Assembly: GCA_965230955.1 (NCBI GenBank)
Contig: OZ246404.1
Location: 582,410 to 646,409 of the forward strand
DNA length: 64,000 nucleotides
Direction of reading: 5' to 3'
Source of the DNA: an uncultured Candidatus Saccharibacteria bacterium
GTDB lineage: Bacteria > Patescibacteriota > CALEFQ01
Position numbers and translations under genes: made by a program. Shown here piece by piece: positions 1-9,722 of this stretch (the stretch's first letter is position 1; each line of letters starts with the position of its first letter). The notes under the pieces were generated by a model that did not search any database, was not told where the DNA came from, and was given only the letters and a program-made list of their open reading frames with translations.

Positions 1-289
1 TGTATTCCGTTTCTTGCCGAGCTTTGAGCTGCTGGAGAAGTTCATTCGCTTCCAACCGCGCCCGTTCTTGTTCCTGAGCCGCTTGCTGCTTGGCCGCGGC
101 GACTTTTTTGTCGGCTTCCACCACCTGATCCAAACCGTCGGCGATTTTCTTCTTGCGCGCGGACAGCATTTTGGTCACCGGCTTATAAAGAAAAATCCAC
201 AAGGCGACAAAAACAATACCAAAATTAACCAGCTGGGCGATCAGATGCTTCCAATCAATGCCAAGTTTTGTGAAGAGGCTTAGATCCAT
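1..289 (-). CDS. atpF: F0F1 ATP synthase subunit b (runs off the window edge)
   Basis: Manual translation from ATG 289: MDLSLFTKLGIDWKHLIAQLVNFGIVFVALWIFLYKPVTKMLSARKRKIADGL; typical subunit b N-terminus; follows atpE. Confidence 0.92.
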   Translation of the reverse strand, partial: MDLSLFTKLGIDWKHLIAQLVNFGIVFVALWIFLYKPVTKMLSARKKKIADGLDQVVEADKKVAAAKQQAAQEQERARLEANELLQQLKARQETEY

Positions 290-296
290 GGTAATT

Positions 297-373
297 GTCT
301 ATGGTCTTTAGTCTTTAGTCTTTTGTCTTTAGCAATATCGAAATCTAAAGACCAATGACTAAAGACCAAAGAC
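297..373. repeat. Inverted heptamer-repeat hairpin, family A: (GTCTTTR)n-loop-(YAAAGAC)n
   Basis: gtctatg gtcttta gtcttta gtctttt gtcttta ... taaagac caatgac taaagac caaagac between atpE and atpF. Confidence 0.9.
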
Positions 374-377
374 TTTT

Positions 378-679
<302 letters not shown>

Positions 680-681
680 AT

Positions 682-1413
682 TTAGTGGCTCTCCACCGTC
701 GACATTTTGAGGAACACCAAGGTCAGCATGGCGAAAACAAAGGCCTGAATAAACCCGACAAATATTTCCAGGGCGATAAACGGGACCGGGACGATAAAAG
801 TCACCAGATAAGTCATCACGACCAGTAAAACTTCGCCGGCAAAAACATTACCGAACAAACGGAAGGAAAACGATACCAGCTTCGCCACCTCGCCCACCAA
901 CTCGAGAAGGCCGACGAAAAATTTCATCGGATTACTGAAATTGAGAAAACGCTTGGCGTATTTGAAAAATCCCAGCGACGCGATCCCGACCACCTGAACC
1001 GTGACCACGGTAATCGCCGCCAAGACTATCGTCAAGTTCAGATCGGCGGTAGCGGCCCGGAAAATAGGCACCACTTCCTCACTGCCCGGCTCCACTATTC
1101 CGATCGTCCCGAAGCCCGGCAATAAGCCGATCCAGTTGGCCATGATAATGTACAAGAAAAAAGAAGCTACCAGGGGAAAGAAAAATTTTGCTTGCTTGGC
1201 GTTTTCCGTGACGCCTTCCACCATATTCTGCAGTTTTTCAATCATCCATTCCACAAAATTCTGCAAACCGCGCGGACGTTCTTTCAGGCGCGAGCCGGCG
1301 ATAATAGCGAAAATAACAATAACACCCACCACGATCCAGCTGGTCAGCAAAGAATTTGTCACCGCAAACGAACCGATATGAAAAATTACTTCCGGAGTGA
1401 ATGAAATTGGCAT
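682..1413 (-). CDS. atpB: ATP synthase subunit a
   Basis: SFSFRLFGNVFAGE, FVGFIQAFVFAMLT, ATADLN motifs. Confidence 0.97.
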   Translation of the reverse strand: MPISFTPEVIFHIGSFAVTNSLLTSWIVVGVIVIFAIIAGSRLKERPRGLQNFVEWMIEKLQNMVEGVTENAKQAKFFFPLVASFFLYIIMANWIGLLPGFGTIGIVEPGSEEVVPIFRAATADLNLTIVLAAITVVTVQVVGIASLGFFKYAKRFLNFSNPMKFFVGLLELVGEVAKLVSFSFRLFGNVFAGEVLLVVMTYLVTFIVPVPFIALEIFVGFIQAFVFAMLTLVFLKMSTVESH

Positions 1414-1520
1414 AAAAAAACCATAAAGCGGCTGTTTAAATTTCAGCCGCCTTAAATATAGCAGTGATTTTTTTTTAAGTCAACAACCAAACGGCAAAAT
1501 TGTGCAAAACCATCGAAAGA

Positions 1521-1901
1521 TCAGGCGATTTGTTCCACTTCCCAGTGCTCATTGACCCAAAGAAGGTGAATCGGTACCGAAAAACCCCATTTTGCAACAT
1601 TTTCCGCCGCTTTTTGCAAATGAGCGAGGTGAATCTGCTTCTCCACCGGGTTTCCGGCGCAGTCATGATGCGCAACCAGGACTATGTTTTTGGAGCCATG
1701 CTTCTCGACCGAGATACGGACACGAGCCTTAATCGATTCTGCCAGCGGATTGCCCGCCTCCGCCAAAATTTTGTCCGGGCCGGGCTCGGTAATAGTATCG
1801 ACGAAATCGACGCCGAACTGCTTCCTGGCCCAAGTATTAACCGAAAGTTGGGTGCGACCGTCCATGCAATTGATGGCGGTAGCGAAAGTGCCGTGAGACA
1901 T
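1521..1901 (-). CDS. Small beta-class-like carbonic anhydrase
   Basis: CMDGR and HHDCAG Zn-ligand motifs (CxDxR, HxxC). Confidence 0.8.
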   Translation of the reverse strand: MSHGTFATAINCMDGRTQLSVNTWARKQFGVDFVDTITEPGPDKILAEAGNPLAESIKARVRISVEKHGSKNIVLVAHHDCAGNPVEKQIHLAHLQKAAENVAKWGFSVPIHLLWVNEHWEVEQIA

Positions 1902-2286
1902 AAGAGGAAATTTAAAGTTTAAAAAAAAAAATTCAAAAGAAATTGAAAAAGAAAAAATATAACGATTTAATCTCCGGCTTTAGATTGTTGCCGCATTTCG
2001 GCTAAAACTTCATCGTTCCCTGATGTTTTCTCGGGATTTGCCGGTAATTTTTAAACTTTAGCACGTTTTTTATCCGCAGTAAAATATCGGAAGATCTAAA
2101 GATTAAAGACATGGAATTCAAAAAAATTTAAGGGCGAAAGCCAAAAAATTATTTCGATTTTGAGCTTTAAATTTCTTTTAAGCTTTCTTGTTTTAATTTT
2201 TGACTTTTTGTGGATAACTACCGGTGACAGAAATATTTTAATTTGTTATACTCTCGCTTGCCTCTTTTTTTTCTGAGGCAAAAAGA

Positions 2287-2382
2287 AAAGGCGCTCCTGA
2301 TCGTTCGATATAAACGGAAATAGTGAGTTTCCGCTTCTATCGATATACCTGTTGAAGCAGGTAAAATGATCAGAGCGCCTTT
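2287..2382 (-). terminator. Branched stem-loop with U-tract downstream of the 2429..3610 gene
   Basis: Outer stem AAAGGCGCTCCTGATC/GATCAGAGCGCCTTT encloses two inner hairpins; T-tract follows on the minus strand. Confidence 0.55.
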
Positions 2383-2428
2383 GTGCGTTTTGAGAAAGAT
2401 GAGAAGTCTCCGAGGTCCGGAATGGTGG

Positions 2429-3610
2429 CTACTCATAGCCGAATTCCAGACAAGCGACAGGCCCGACCCAGCTATCATTATCCGTGATAGTCGTGGCCCA
2501 GAAGAGCAGACCGGAGGCGGAGCCGTCAACTTCAGGCCAGATGAAATCAAACACGGTTGTTTGTTCATCCAGGCCGTCAGTTACCAGAAGCGATTCGTAG
2601 GTGAATTCTGTAGTCCAGTTTGGTGCCCAGTAATAGGCCCCGTAGACATCCAGGAGCAGATACGCCGAAGTTGACTCGGAGGCCATGAAAGGCGGGTTCT
2701 GCGTTTTCACCATTCGGCTGGCGAGGACAAATCGGTCACCGGCATGAAACATGCGCGGCGGAAGGCTTTGTCGACGCGGGAGACCGATAGCGACAGCGTC
2801 TTTCGGGTCAGCCAGAAACTCTAACGTGTAAAGAATCTGACTGCGATAGACTCCCCCACGGTCAATGTTGGTGCCGTCGGGATCAGAATATCCCGGGTCA
2901 CCGCTATCGACGGCAAGAGATCCATAGCCGGGAGCGAAGGTGACAGGGTCCAGCATGGGGTCGGCAATGTTGACGATGTCGGTAGAATCCGGTTCGTAGT
3001 CGCCGTATCCCCGAGGATAGTCAACATTCCAGAAAAGGTTGAACGTCTCCGTTGCAGATCCGTAAATCCCATAAAAGAAATTTACGACGATGCAATTAGT
3101 GACAATCTTTTCGGAACTACCACTCACCCCCATTGAATCTTGACCACTGGTACCGATCAGTGTGCACTGTGACATAGTTCCGCTTGATCCAGAATCAAAC
3201 TTGACACCGTTTTCGTGCACGCCGGAAATAACAACAGAATCAATCAGGACATTACTGGCCTGTACAGGGATATACACCACTCTCTTTGAATTATTCGGAG
3301 CTACAATGTGAAGATTGAGAAGAGAACACCCCGAATGGAGAATAACCGCTGCATCAGTTTGCCCATAGCAAGAAGGCACAGCATATGTTACTGCTGATTC
3401 TTCGAGCCCATCAATCGTAACATTGTCTGGTGAATTCCAAAATCTTGGATCCGTGTAGCAGCCAGGCAAAATTACGACTTTGTCACCGGCGACTGAGGCC
3501 GCCAGTGCGTCAGAAACGTTGGGATAGTCCGTAGGGACTATCAGTTGAGCCGCCTCAACCGAGACGACCGCTGTCAGAATGACAAAGAACACTACTACTA
3601 TCCGTTTCAT
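2429..3610 (-). CDS. Secreted right-handed beta-helix (pectin-lyase-like) protein with a distinct C-terminal domain
   Basis: Signal peptide; IVPTDYPNVSDAL...GDKVVILPGCY N-terminal cap; SLAVDSGDP...DRGG end-of-helix motif; own SD and TTGACA-17-TATCAT promoter. Confidence 0.75.
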   Translation of the reverse strand: MKRIVVVFFVILTAVVSVEAAQLIVPTDYPNVSDALAASVAGDKVVILPGCYTDPRFWNSPDNVTIDGLEESAVTYAVPSCYGQTDAAVILHSGCSLLNLHIVAPNNSKRVVYIPVQASNVLIDSVVISGVHENGVKFDSGSSGTMSQCTLIGTSGQDSMGVSGSSEKIVTNCIVVNFFYGIYGSATETFNLFWNVDYPRGYGDYEPDSTDIVNIADPMLDPVTFAPGYGSLAVDSGDPGYSDPDGTNIDRGGVYRSQILYTLEFLADPKDAVAIGLPRRQSLPPRMFHAGDRFVLASRMVKTQNPPFMASESTSAYLLLDVYGAYYWAPNWTTEFTYESLLVTDGLDEQTTVFDFIWPEVDGSASGLLFWATTITDNDSWVGPVACLEFGYE

Positions 3611-3683
3611 CTTTTTTCCCTCCTTGGAAAAGACAGTTTATACTAGTTGACATGATACACCAATTCGCCCTTTTTGTCAATAC

Positions 3684-4256
3684 CTACTTGTAGATCGCGT
3701 TTTGGTCAGGATATATGACACCCTTCCCGTCCGGGCTATAGAGCACTAAATCCACCCCGATGGCACCGGCCTTGGTCTCCCATTTGGGAGTTTTTTGTGA
3801 CCAAGTATGACCGGATCCAAAAACACTGCCGGAAATCTCCGCCACGCCGTAACTATTCTGGCCATTGACGTTGTTTTCCAGCGGGATAATACCGTAAATA
3901 TCGTTGACAATAAAAGGATGAGGATTACCGTCCTGAATCGGAACAGCGTTGTAAAGTACTCCCCAGCCATTCTGGACGGCCTGATGGACACAATGCTGGG
4001 TTCCGGTACCGGTATCGACTTCCATTTTGTCGCAACCGCCGGTAGAAATAACGTAAACACCAAGATAAGAGCCGATATAATACTTGGCTCCGCCGGAAAT
4101 CTGAAAATAGACCCATTGTCCCAGAGCCAGGGACTGATTGGTACTGGCGGGCGGATCCATCGCCAAAGTCAATTTAAAGTAAGTACCGCCGACGCATAAT
4201 ACGATCCCCAGCAGAAGTAGCAAGGCGACAATTTGATATTTTAGTTTATGAACCAT
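3684..4256 (-). CDS. Hypothetical exported protein
   Basis: 190-aa ORF with N-terminal hydrophobic signal; adjacent to the next gene. Confidence 0.7.
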   Translation of the reverse strand: MVHKLKYQIVALLLLLGIVLCVGGTYFKLTLAMDPPASTNQSLALGQWVYFQISGGAKYYIGSYLGVYVISTGGCDKMEVDTGTGTQHCVHQAVQNGWGVLYNAVPIQDGNPHPFIVNDIYGIIPLENNVNGQNSYGVAEISGSVFGSGHTWSQKTPKWETKAGAIGVDLVLYSPDGKGVIYPDQNAIYK

Positions 4257-4262
4257 AGCACT

Positions 4263-4973
4263 TTAATCCGGGGTTAAGCTCTCGGGCAAAACATAATCAT
4301 GCTCGAGTGAAACGCGCCCGCATAAATCACCGGGGACTTCCGAACCAGTGGAGCATCCGCCTCCCAAGTAGCCAGCCCAGGTATAAGTATAATTTCGATT
4401 ACCCGCCGCCGGATCACCCGGCTGACCGATGGCAGTTTCTACTTTTATATCCCAAACAGTCCAGAGCATTTCCTCCTCCCAATCATCAGGAACAACGGCA
4501 TTGGCATCGGCAGGAATATAATGTTGGTTTATCCGATTTTGTATGTCTGTACCTTTTAGTGGAAATAATACTACCAGCTTGCCGTTTGGTTTCCGGGCTA
4601 AGACACCAAAAGCCGAGACCAGAGTCCCGCCCGGCTCGACACATTTGACATAAGTATGACCGGCGATTTCCGGATCCACCAAAGGCGGAGCGGCGACGTA
4701 TGGAGCGGTCCAATCACTGCAATTGCGCCAAGATCCCATAAATCCCCCTAGATAAGTTCCGAATGGCTTGGGCGGTTCGCGGGTAAGTTGACATCCCTGA
4801 CCACATTCCTGATAAATATGCTGGTAAGCAATGGTGTGTTTTATTTGCAATGTATCCCCGGGAGTCCCCTGGGGCGGAACGGGAGCGGCAAAACCGAGCT
4901 GACCGAAAATCCCCATGCTTAAAAGCACAACGCCGCAAAAAAGTAAGATAAATGTTAGTTTCGGCTTGAACAT
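4263..4973 (-). CDS. Hypothetical exported Cys-containing protein
   Basis: 236-aa ORF with signal peptide and paired cysteines. Confidence 0.7.
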   Translation of the reverse strand: MFKPKLTFILLFCGVVLLSMGIFGQLGFAAPVPPQGTPGDTLQIKHTIAYQHIYQECGQGCQLTREPPKPFGTYLGGFMGSWRNCSDWTAPYVAAPPLVDPEIAGHTYVKCVEPGGTLVSAFGVLARKPNGKLVVLFPLKGTDIQNRINQHYIPADANAVVPDDWEEEMLWTVWDIKVETAIGQPGDPAAGNRNYTYTWAGYLGGGCSTGSEVPGDLCGRVSLEHDYVLPESLTPD

Positions 4974-5078
4974 AGCTTTTTATTTGTGATTTCAGTATAC
5001 ACTATCCGGCCCAATCGCGCAAAATTATTTGCCCCGTCCGGACTGATATGTTAAAATGGGCTAAATTAAGCTAAATAT

Positions 5079-5447
5079 ATGAAAAAAATATTTCCGGCAG
5101 TTTTACTGGCCATTATCCTGATCGCGCCATCGGCAACTATGGCGGAGGAAACTACTCCCCTGCCAACGGCTACCGAAGAAGCCGGCTCACTACCCGCCTC
5201 CGGATTACCGATCGATATGGAATCTTTAGGTGAAATTGAATTTGGTCCCGACGGCCAAGCGACATTGAGCCCGGACATAGCCGACAAGCTCAATCAAGCG
5301 CTAACCGAAAGAAATAAACCCGCCAATCCGTGGGATCCATATATTCGCATTGGAATTGATATTGCCATCGGTATCGGGGCGGGACTGATCGCCTTTTCGC
5401 TTTTCTGGGTAGTGAAAAATAAAAAAGCCCAAAACGTAAAATCATAA
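5079..5447 (+). CDS. Hypothetical protein with signal peptide and C-terminal membrane anchor
   Basis: MKKIFPAVLLAIILIAPSATMA signal; C-terminal TM segment followed by a basic tail. Confidence 0.75.
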   Translation: MKKIFPAVLLAIILIAPSATMAEETTPLPTATEEAGSLPASGLPIDMESLGEIEFGPDGQATLSPDIADKLNQALTERNKPANPWDPYIRIGIDIAIGIGAGLIAFSLFWVVKNKKAQNVKS

Positions 5448-6214
5448 AAAAAATTAGCACCGCTAAAATAAAATTCAAACCGCTATTCTTCTCCCTGCTA
5501 TTGGCCGGCGTTTTCGTTTTATCCTCCTGCACAGTTCGCCCGATCAGCGACGATACGATCACGAATACTTTGCCGACGCCAACGACTACCTCCGTCACTG
5601 GAACCGCGACACCATTACCCACCGCCGCCGGTTATACCCCGGCGCAATTCAAAGAATATTTCTTTGAAATCGCGCTCGGCACGGAGTTTTACAGTCAAGC
5701 CGATCGCATCCGCAAATGGAAAGAACCGATGACGCTGGAAATAGGAGGTTTCCCCACCGCCGAAGATATCGCCACCCTGAATAAAATCATCAATGAAATC
5801 AACCAAATCACCGACGGAAGAATGACAATCAATATCGTCACCAGCGGCGGAAATTCCAAAATTTGGTTCGCGCCCCTGGATCAGCTCTCCAACTACGAGC
5901 CGAATTATATCCCGGGCAATTGGGGATTTTTCTATGCCAGCTGGGACGGCAAATTCAATATTTACACTACCAATATCGTCATCGCCTCGGACGAGCCGAC
6001 CCAGACAGAGCGCACCCACCTGATCCGCGAGGAACTGACCCAATCGCTGGGGCTGATGCAGGATTCGTCCAAGTACCCCGACAGTATTTTCTACATCGAA
6101 TGGATTGACGGACAAAACTTTTCCGATCTGGACCGAGCCGTAATTGCCCAGCTCTACGATCCGGCAGTCCGAGCCGGGATGACGCAGGCGGAGCTCGAAA
6201 AAATTATAAAATAA
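5444..6214 (+). CDS. DUF2927-like lipoprotein (start uncertain: ATA 5444, ATT 5453 or TTG 5501)
   Basis: Lipobox VLSSC, Thr/Pro linker, HLIREELTQSLGLMQDS...SIFY motif. Confidence 0.75.
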   Translation: MKKISTAKIKFKPLFFSLLLAGVFVLSSCTVRPISDDTITNTLPTPTTTSVTGTATPLPTAAGYTPAQFKEYFFEIALGTEFYSQADRIRKWKEPMTLEIGGFPTAEDIATLNKIINEINQITDGRMTINIVTSGGNSKIWFAPLDQLSNYEPNYIPGNWGFFYASWDGKFNIYTTNIVIASDEPTQTERTHLIREELTQSLGLMQDSSKYPDSIFYIEWIDGQNFSDLDRAVIAQLYDPAVRAGMTQAELEKIIK

Positions 6215-6263
6215 AACTAATCCGCAAACAAACAGCGTGGAAAAAATTATACGATAAAACTAA

Positions 6264-6293
6264 AACAGCGACGGCCTTAAGGCCGTCGCTGTT
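6264..6293. terminator. Perfect 30-bp palindrome between convergent genes
   Basis: AACAGCGACGGCCTTAAGGCCGTCGCTGTT. Confidence 0.7.
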
Positions 6294-6316
6294 GATTGAT
6301 ATCGAAAATTATTTTC

Positions 6317-7294
6317 TCAGCAAATCCTCGGCACCAGCTTACCTTCAGGCATGGGCAAAACCCGCTTCCCGAATTTCGTTTCCAAAATCACTCCCCGCCC
6401 GCGCTCCACCCGCCCGATAATGGCGGGCTTTTGTTTTAATCGGCGCAGGGTTTCGAGAACTTTGACAATCTTGTTTTTGGGCACACCGGCAACGAATCTT
6501 CCCTCGCAAGCCATATCATAAACCGAAAAACCCAGGATATCGCACATGGCCCGGACTTCTTTGTGCACCGGGATTTGTTTTTCCAATAAAACAATCTTCA
6601 CCCGAGACTTTTGCGCCATTTCATTTAGCGTGGCGCTGATCCCCCCGCGGGTGGCATCCTTGCAAGCGGTCAAGGATTCCTTGATGGGCGCGATCAAACG
6701 CCAGAGCGGTTGGCAGTCACTTTTAAGTTTGGTCCGGTAATTAAATCGCTTGGCCAAAATCGCCAAAGCATGCTCCCCGATCCCGCCGGAAACAATGATC
6801 AAGTCGCCGACATTGAGTCCGGAGTTATCCACCGGGCAATCCGCGGCGCCTACGCCGCTGGTATTGATCACAACTCCTTTCACCCCGCCTTTTTCCACCA
6901 CTTTGGTGTCGCCGGTGACGACGGCAATTTTTTCCCGGCGCGAAACGGAAGCGATTGAACGCAATATTTTTTTCAGATCTTCTATCGCGAAACCTTCTTC
7001 GATAATAAGCGAAAGGGAAATCCCGAGCGGTTCAGCTCCCATCACCGCCAGATCATTGATCGTACCGCAAATTGCCAGCCGGCCAATATCACCGCCCGGG
7101 AAAAAGAGCGGGTCAACGATATATGAATCCGTCGTGAAAACCAATTTCGCGCCTGGCCAATTTCGATAAGCCGCGTCCTGATCCCGCCCGCGCCAATCAT
7201 TTGATTTCGGCAAAATTTTAAAAATATCACGCAGGAGTCCCTGCATTTCATTACCCCCGCCACCATGACTGAGTTTGACTTTATTATCTTTCAT
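6317..7294 (-). CDS. hypE: Hydrogenase maturation protein HypE
   Basis: LSHGGGG, FTTDSY, PGGDIGRLAICGTINDLAVMGA, GDTKVV, C-terminal PRIC. Confidence 0.97.
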   Translation of the reverse strand: MKDNKVKLSHGGGGNEMQGLLRDIFKILPKSNDWRGRDQDAAYRNWPGAKLVFTTDSYIVDPLFFPGGDIGRLAICGTINDLAVMGAEPLGISLSLIIEEGFAIEDLKKILRSIASVSRREKIAVVTGDTKVVEKGGVKGVVINTSGVGAADCPVDNSGLNVGDLIIVSGGIGEHALAILAKRFNYRTKLKSDCQPLWRLIAPIKESLTACKDATRGGISATLNEMAQKSRVKIVLLEKQIPVHKEVRAMCDILGFSVYDMACEGRFVAGVPKNKIVKVLETLRRLKQKPAIIGRVERGRGVILETKFGKRVLPMPEGKLVPRIC

Positions 7295-7306
7295 GAATTT
7301 AAGAGT

Positions 7307-8067
7307 TTACCCGCCAGCGCCTGATTGGACCGACAAATATTTAGCAAAATCGCGGCCCATATTTTTCACGGTCGTATCTAAAAAATCTAAATACGTAGGC
7401 GCAGTCAAAACAACACTCTGCTTGACCAAGCCTTGGCCGCGACCGCATCAACCTCGAGCTTGAGACGAATTTTTATCAGGGGCTGGATCGCTCCCGATAC
7501 CACTTTTTCCACCGAGATGTAGTCATCTGGCCGAAGAATCTTAAGAAATTTTTCCAAGGACTGGGCCACAAAATCTTGCGGCTCCGAAAAATATTCCGCC
7601 AGGCAAGAAATTACTTTCGGACGATCGTTTTTTGGAATAGCCGAACGGTACAAATCGAGAATCTCCGGCTGATTCCGAGCTAAGTTCAGATCAACACCGC
7701 CCTCGATGAAATTGTGAGCCAAAACAGCGCAGACCTCGTCCGGTTTCCGCTCGAGCAATTCAGCCACTCCCGGGACAAGTTTCAAGCCCAGTCGGTAAGC
7801 ATAACCAGACTGGTGGTTATCACTATAGAAATCAGCTCCGTGATTAACTTGACTATGCAACACCAAACCTAAAGCGAGGGGTAATAATTCTGGATATTTA
7901 TCCGCGACAAAAGAATAAAAACGATCGGGATTATTATGTAATAAATCTCGTGAAAGCTTCTCGCCCGAGGCGGTGGATATGTCCGGTAAAATACCGCCTA
8001 AAACTAAGTAGGGATTTTCACTTCCGGTAAGCTTATTGTTTATGTAAGTATGGGCAAGAGGAAGCAT
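7307..8067 (-). pseudogene. Zn-dependent phospholipase C-like helical protein with an apparent frameshift near 7430
   Basis: MLPLAH...GGILPD...LH...HGAD...HNFIE; frame stops at 7405, but a shifted frame gives LVKQSVVLTAPTYLDFLDTTVKNMGRDFAKYLSVQSGAGG* ending 12 nt before hypE. Confidence 0.5.
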
Positions 8068-8074
8068 ATGATAA

Positions 8075-8353
8075 TTATTTACTATATTTATCTTCAATAA
8101 TATTTCGGTGATGCTGGGCATTAGTGAAACCGAAGAGTTCCCTACTTTTTTGATCGCTTTTCTTTTTCATCTCCGGCGTCATCTCCTGCCAATTGGCCCA
8201 AATTCGTTCTTGCTCGGTCCTATCCGGTTCTTCGTGTATCAATTCAATCCCCGTCTCCGCCCGCCACCGATGCACCGGGTCATGTAACAAATAATTAGCT
8301 TTATCAGGATAATTCTTCCTTATCTCTTCTGTATTGTAAGGACGCTGATACAT
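8075..8353 (-). CDS. Hypothetical protein
   Basis: 92-aa ORF packed into the operon; DPVHRWRAETGIELIHEEP. Confidence 0.7.
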   Translation of the reverse strand: MYQRPYNTEEIRKNYPDKANYLLHDPVHRWRAETGIELIHEEPDRTEQERIWANWQEMTPEMKKKSDQKSRELFGFTNAQHHRNIIEDKYSK

Positions 8354-8371
8354 AATATTACTTTTGACTTT

Positions 8372-9418
8372 TTACTTATACTCATATTTTATCCGACACG
8401 CCCCCTCCCGCGACACCATACATGCCCCAATCGGTTTCTCCGGAGTGCAAGCGCACCTAAATAATTTACAATCCTCGGGGGCAATCAGCCCCTTGATCAC
8501 GTCGCCGCAACGGCAACCAGGGGTCTTTAGTCGTTGGTCTTTAGTCTTTAGCCGATAATTAGCAATAATCTTTTTGTACCGAACAGCGGCGTCGAATTTA
8601 GCGTACTTTTTCTTTATCTGCATCCCCGATTTCGGAATTTTTCCCAGTCCGCGCCATTCGCTATCGACCGGCTTGAAAACTTCCGCGATTAATTTCTTCG
8701 CCCGCCGATTACCGTTCGGTTTCACTAGCCGGCGGTATTCGTTTTCAACTTTTGACTCCCCGCAGGTAATCTGGCGCAAAAGCATAATAACCGCCAGTAA
8801 AATATCCGTCGGTTCAAAGCCCGCGATTACCTGCGGCTTTTTTATCACGCTGTATGGTTTGAGCCCGGTGATGGCCGAAACGTGGCCGGGATTGATGAAA
8901 CCGTCAATCTTGATCTGCTTATCTCGACTTAATGCCAGCATCGCCGGCGGGAAATACTTGTGGGCGGAATAAACCATGAGCCCGTGCTTGATCGCGGATG
9001 CCGTCATCGGCACCGTGGTCTCAAATCCTAGACCGAAAAAAACAACGGCCGGCTCGTCTTTTTTCCATTTCAGCGCTTCTTCGACGGAATAAACGGCTCT
9101 GACCTTGGCACCACTGGCTTTGACTTGCTCCAGACTCATTTCCGAGCCCGGTACGCGCAACACATCACCATAGCACGCGATCGGGATGCCGCTCAAGGCT
9201 AAACCAACCACGGCGTCAATATCGCTCAGCGGGGTGACGCAAACGGGACAGCCCGGGCCGGTCACGAGCTCAATTTTCTTTGGCAAAACCGCGCGCAGAC
9301 CGGAACGCGAAATCGCCTCGGTGTGCGTGCCGCAGACTTCCATGAGGCGGACTGGTTTACGAAGCGTTGCCGCTAATATTTCTATTTCGCGCGTAAGTTG
9401 TAGGGTGGATGATGGCAT
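8372..9418 (-). CDS. hypD: Hydrogenase maturation protein HypD
   Basis: MEVCGTH, GPGCPVCVTP, GFETT, PGHVS, CMVSREGAC. Confidence 0.97.
   Translation of the reverse strand: MPSSTLQLTREIEILAATLRKPVRLMEVCGTHTEAISRSGLRAVLPKKIELVTGPGCPVCVTPLSDIDAVVGLALSGIPIACYGDVLRVPGSEMSLEQVKASGAKVRAVYSVEEALKWKKDEPAVVFFGLGFETTVPMTASAIKHGLMVYSAHKYFPPAMLALSRDKQIKIDGFINPGHVSAITGLKPYSVIKKPQVIAGFEPTDILLAVIMLLRQITCGESKVENEYRRLVKPNGNRRAKKLIAEVFKPVDSEWRGLGKIPKSGMQIKKKYAKFDAAVRYKKIIANYRLKTKDQRLKTPGCRCGDVIKGLIAPEDCKLFRCACTPEKPIGACMVSREGACRIKYEYK
8523..8550. repeat. Family A heptamer arm in frame inside hypD
   Basis: gtcttta gtcgttg gtcttta gtcttta, encoding RLKTKDQRLKT. Confidence 0.85.
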
Positions 9419-9419
9419 G

Positions 9420-9492
9420 GTCTTTGGTCTTTAGTCTTTGGTCTTTGGCCCAGAAAAAGCCGGCTAAAGACTAAAGACAAAAGACTAACGAC
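9420..9492. repeat. Family A heptamer hairpin (hypC-hypD junction)
   Basis: Four GTCTTTR units, loop, four YAAAGAC-like units; contains the hypC stop and abuts the hypD ATG. Confidence 0.92.
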
Positions 9493-9697
9493 CCTTAGCA
9501 AAATCCGCCAACGCCGATTTCGCTTCCTTACTATCTAAAACCCCAATAGCAAACCCCGTATGCACCGTAACATAATCCCCGGCCTTGGCCTCCGGCACCA
9601 ATTCCAGGCTCACTTCTTTTTTTAAACCATTAAATGAAACGACCGCGTGGCGGTCGCGATGGAGTGAGATGATTTTACCGGGGATTGCTAAGCACAT
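9485..9697 (-). CDS. hypC: Hydrogenase chaperone HypC
   Basis: MCLAIPGKI, GDYVTVHTGFAI. Confidence 0.97.
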   Translation of the reverse strand: MCLAIPGKIISLHRDRHAVVSFNGLKKEVSLELVPEAKAGDYVTVHTGFAIGVLDSKEAKSALADFAKGR

Positions 9698-9722
9698 GAG
9701 AGGTTGGAGCTATAGATTGCCA

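Noticed and set aside
1905-2215. AT-rich stretch with an A-run as a gene remnant or repeat element
   Set aside because: Only short, unconvincing ORFs and very degenerate periodicity; cannot support a call
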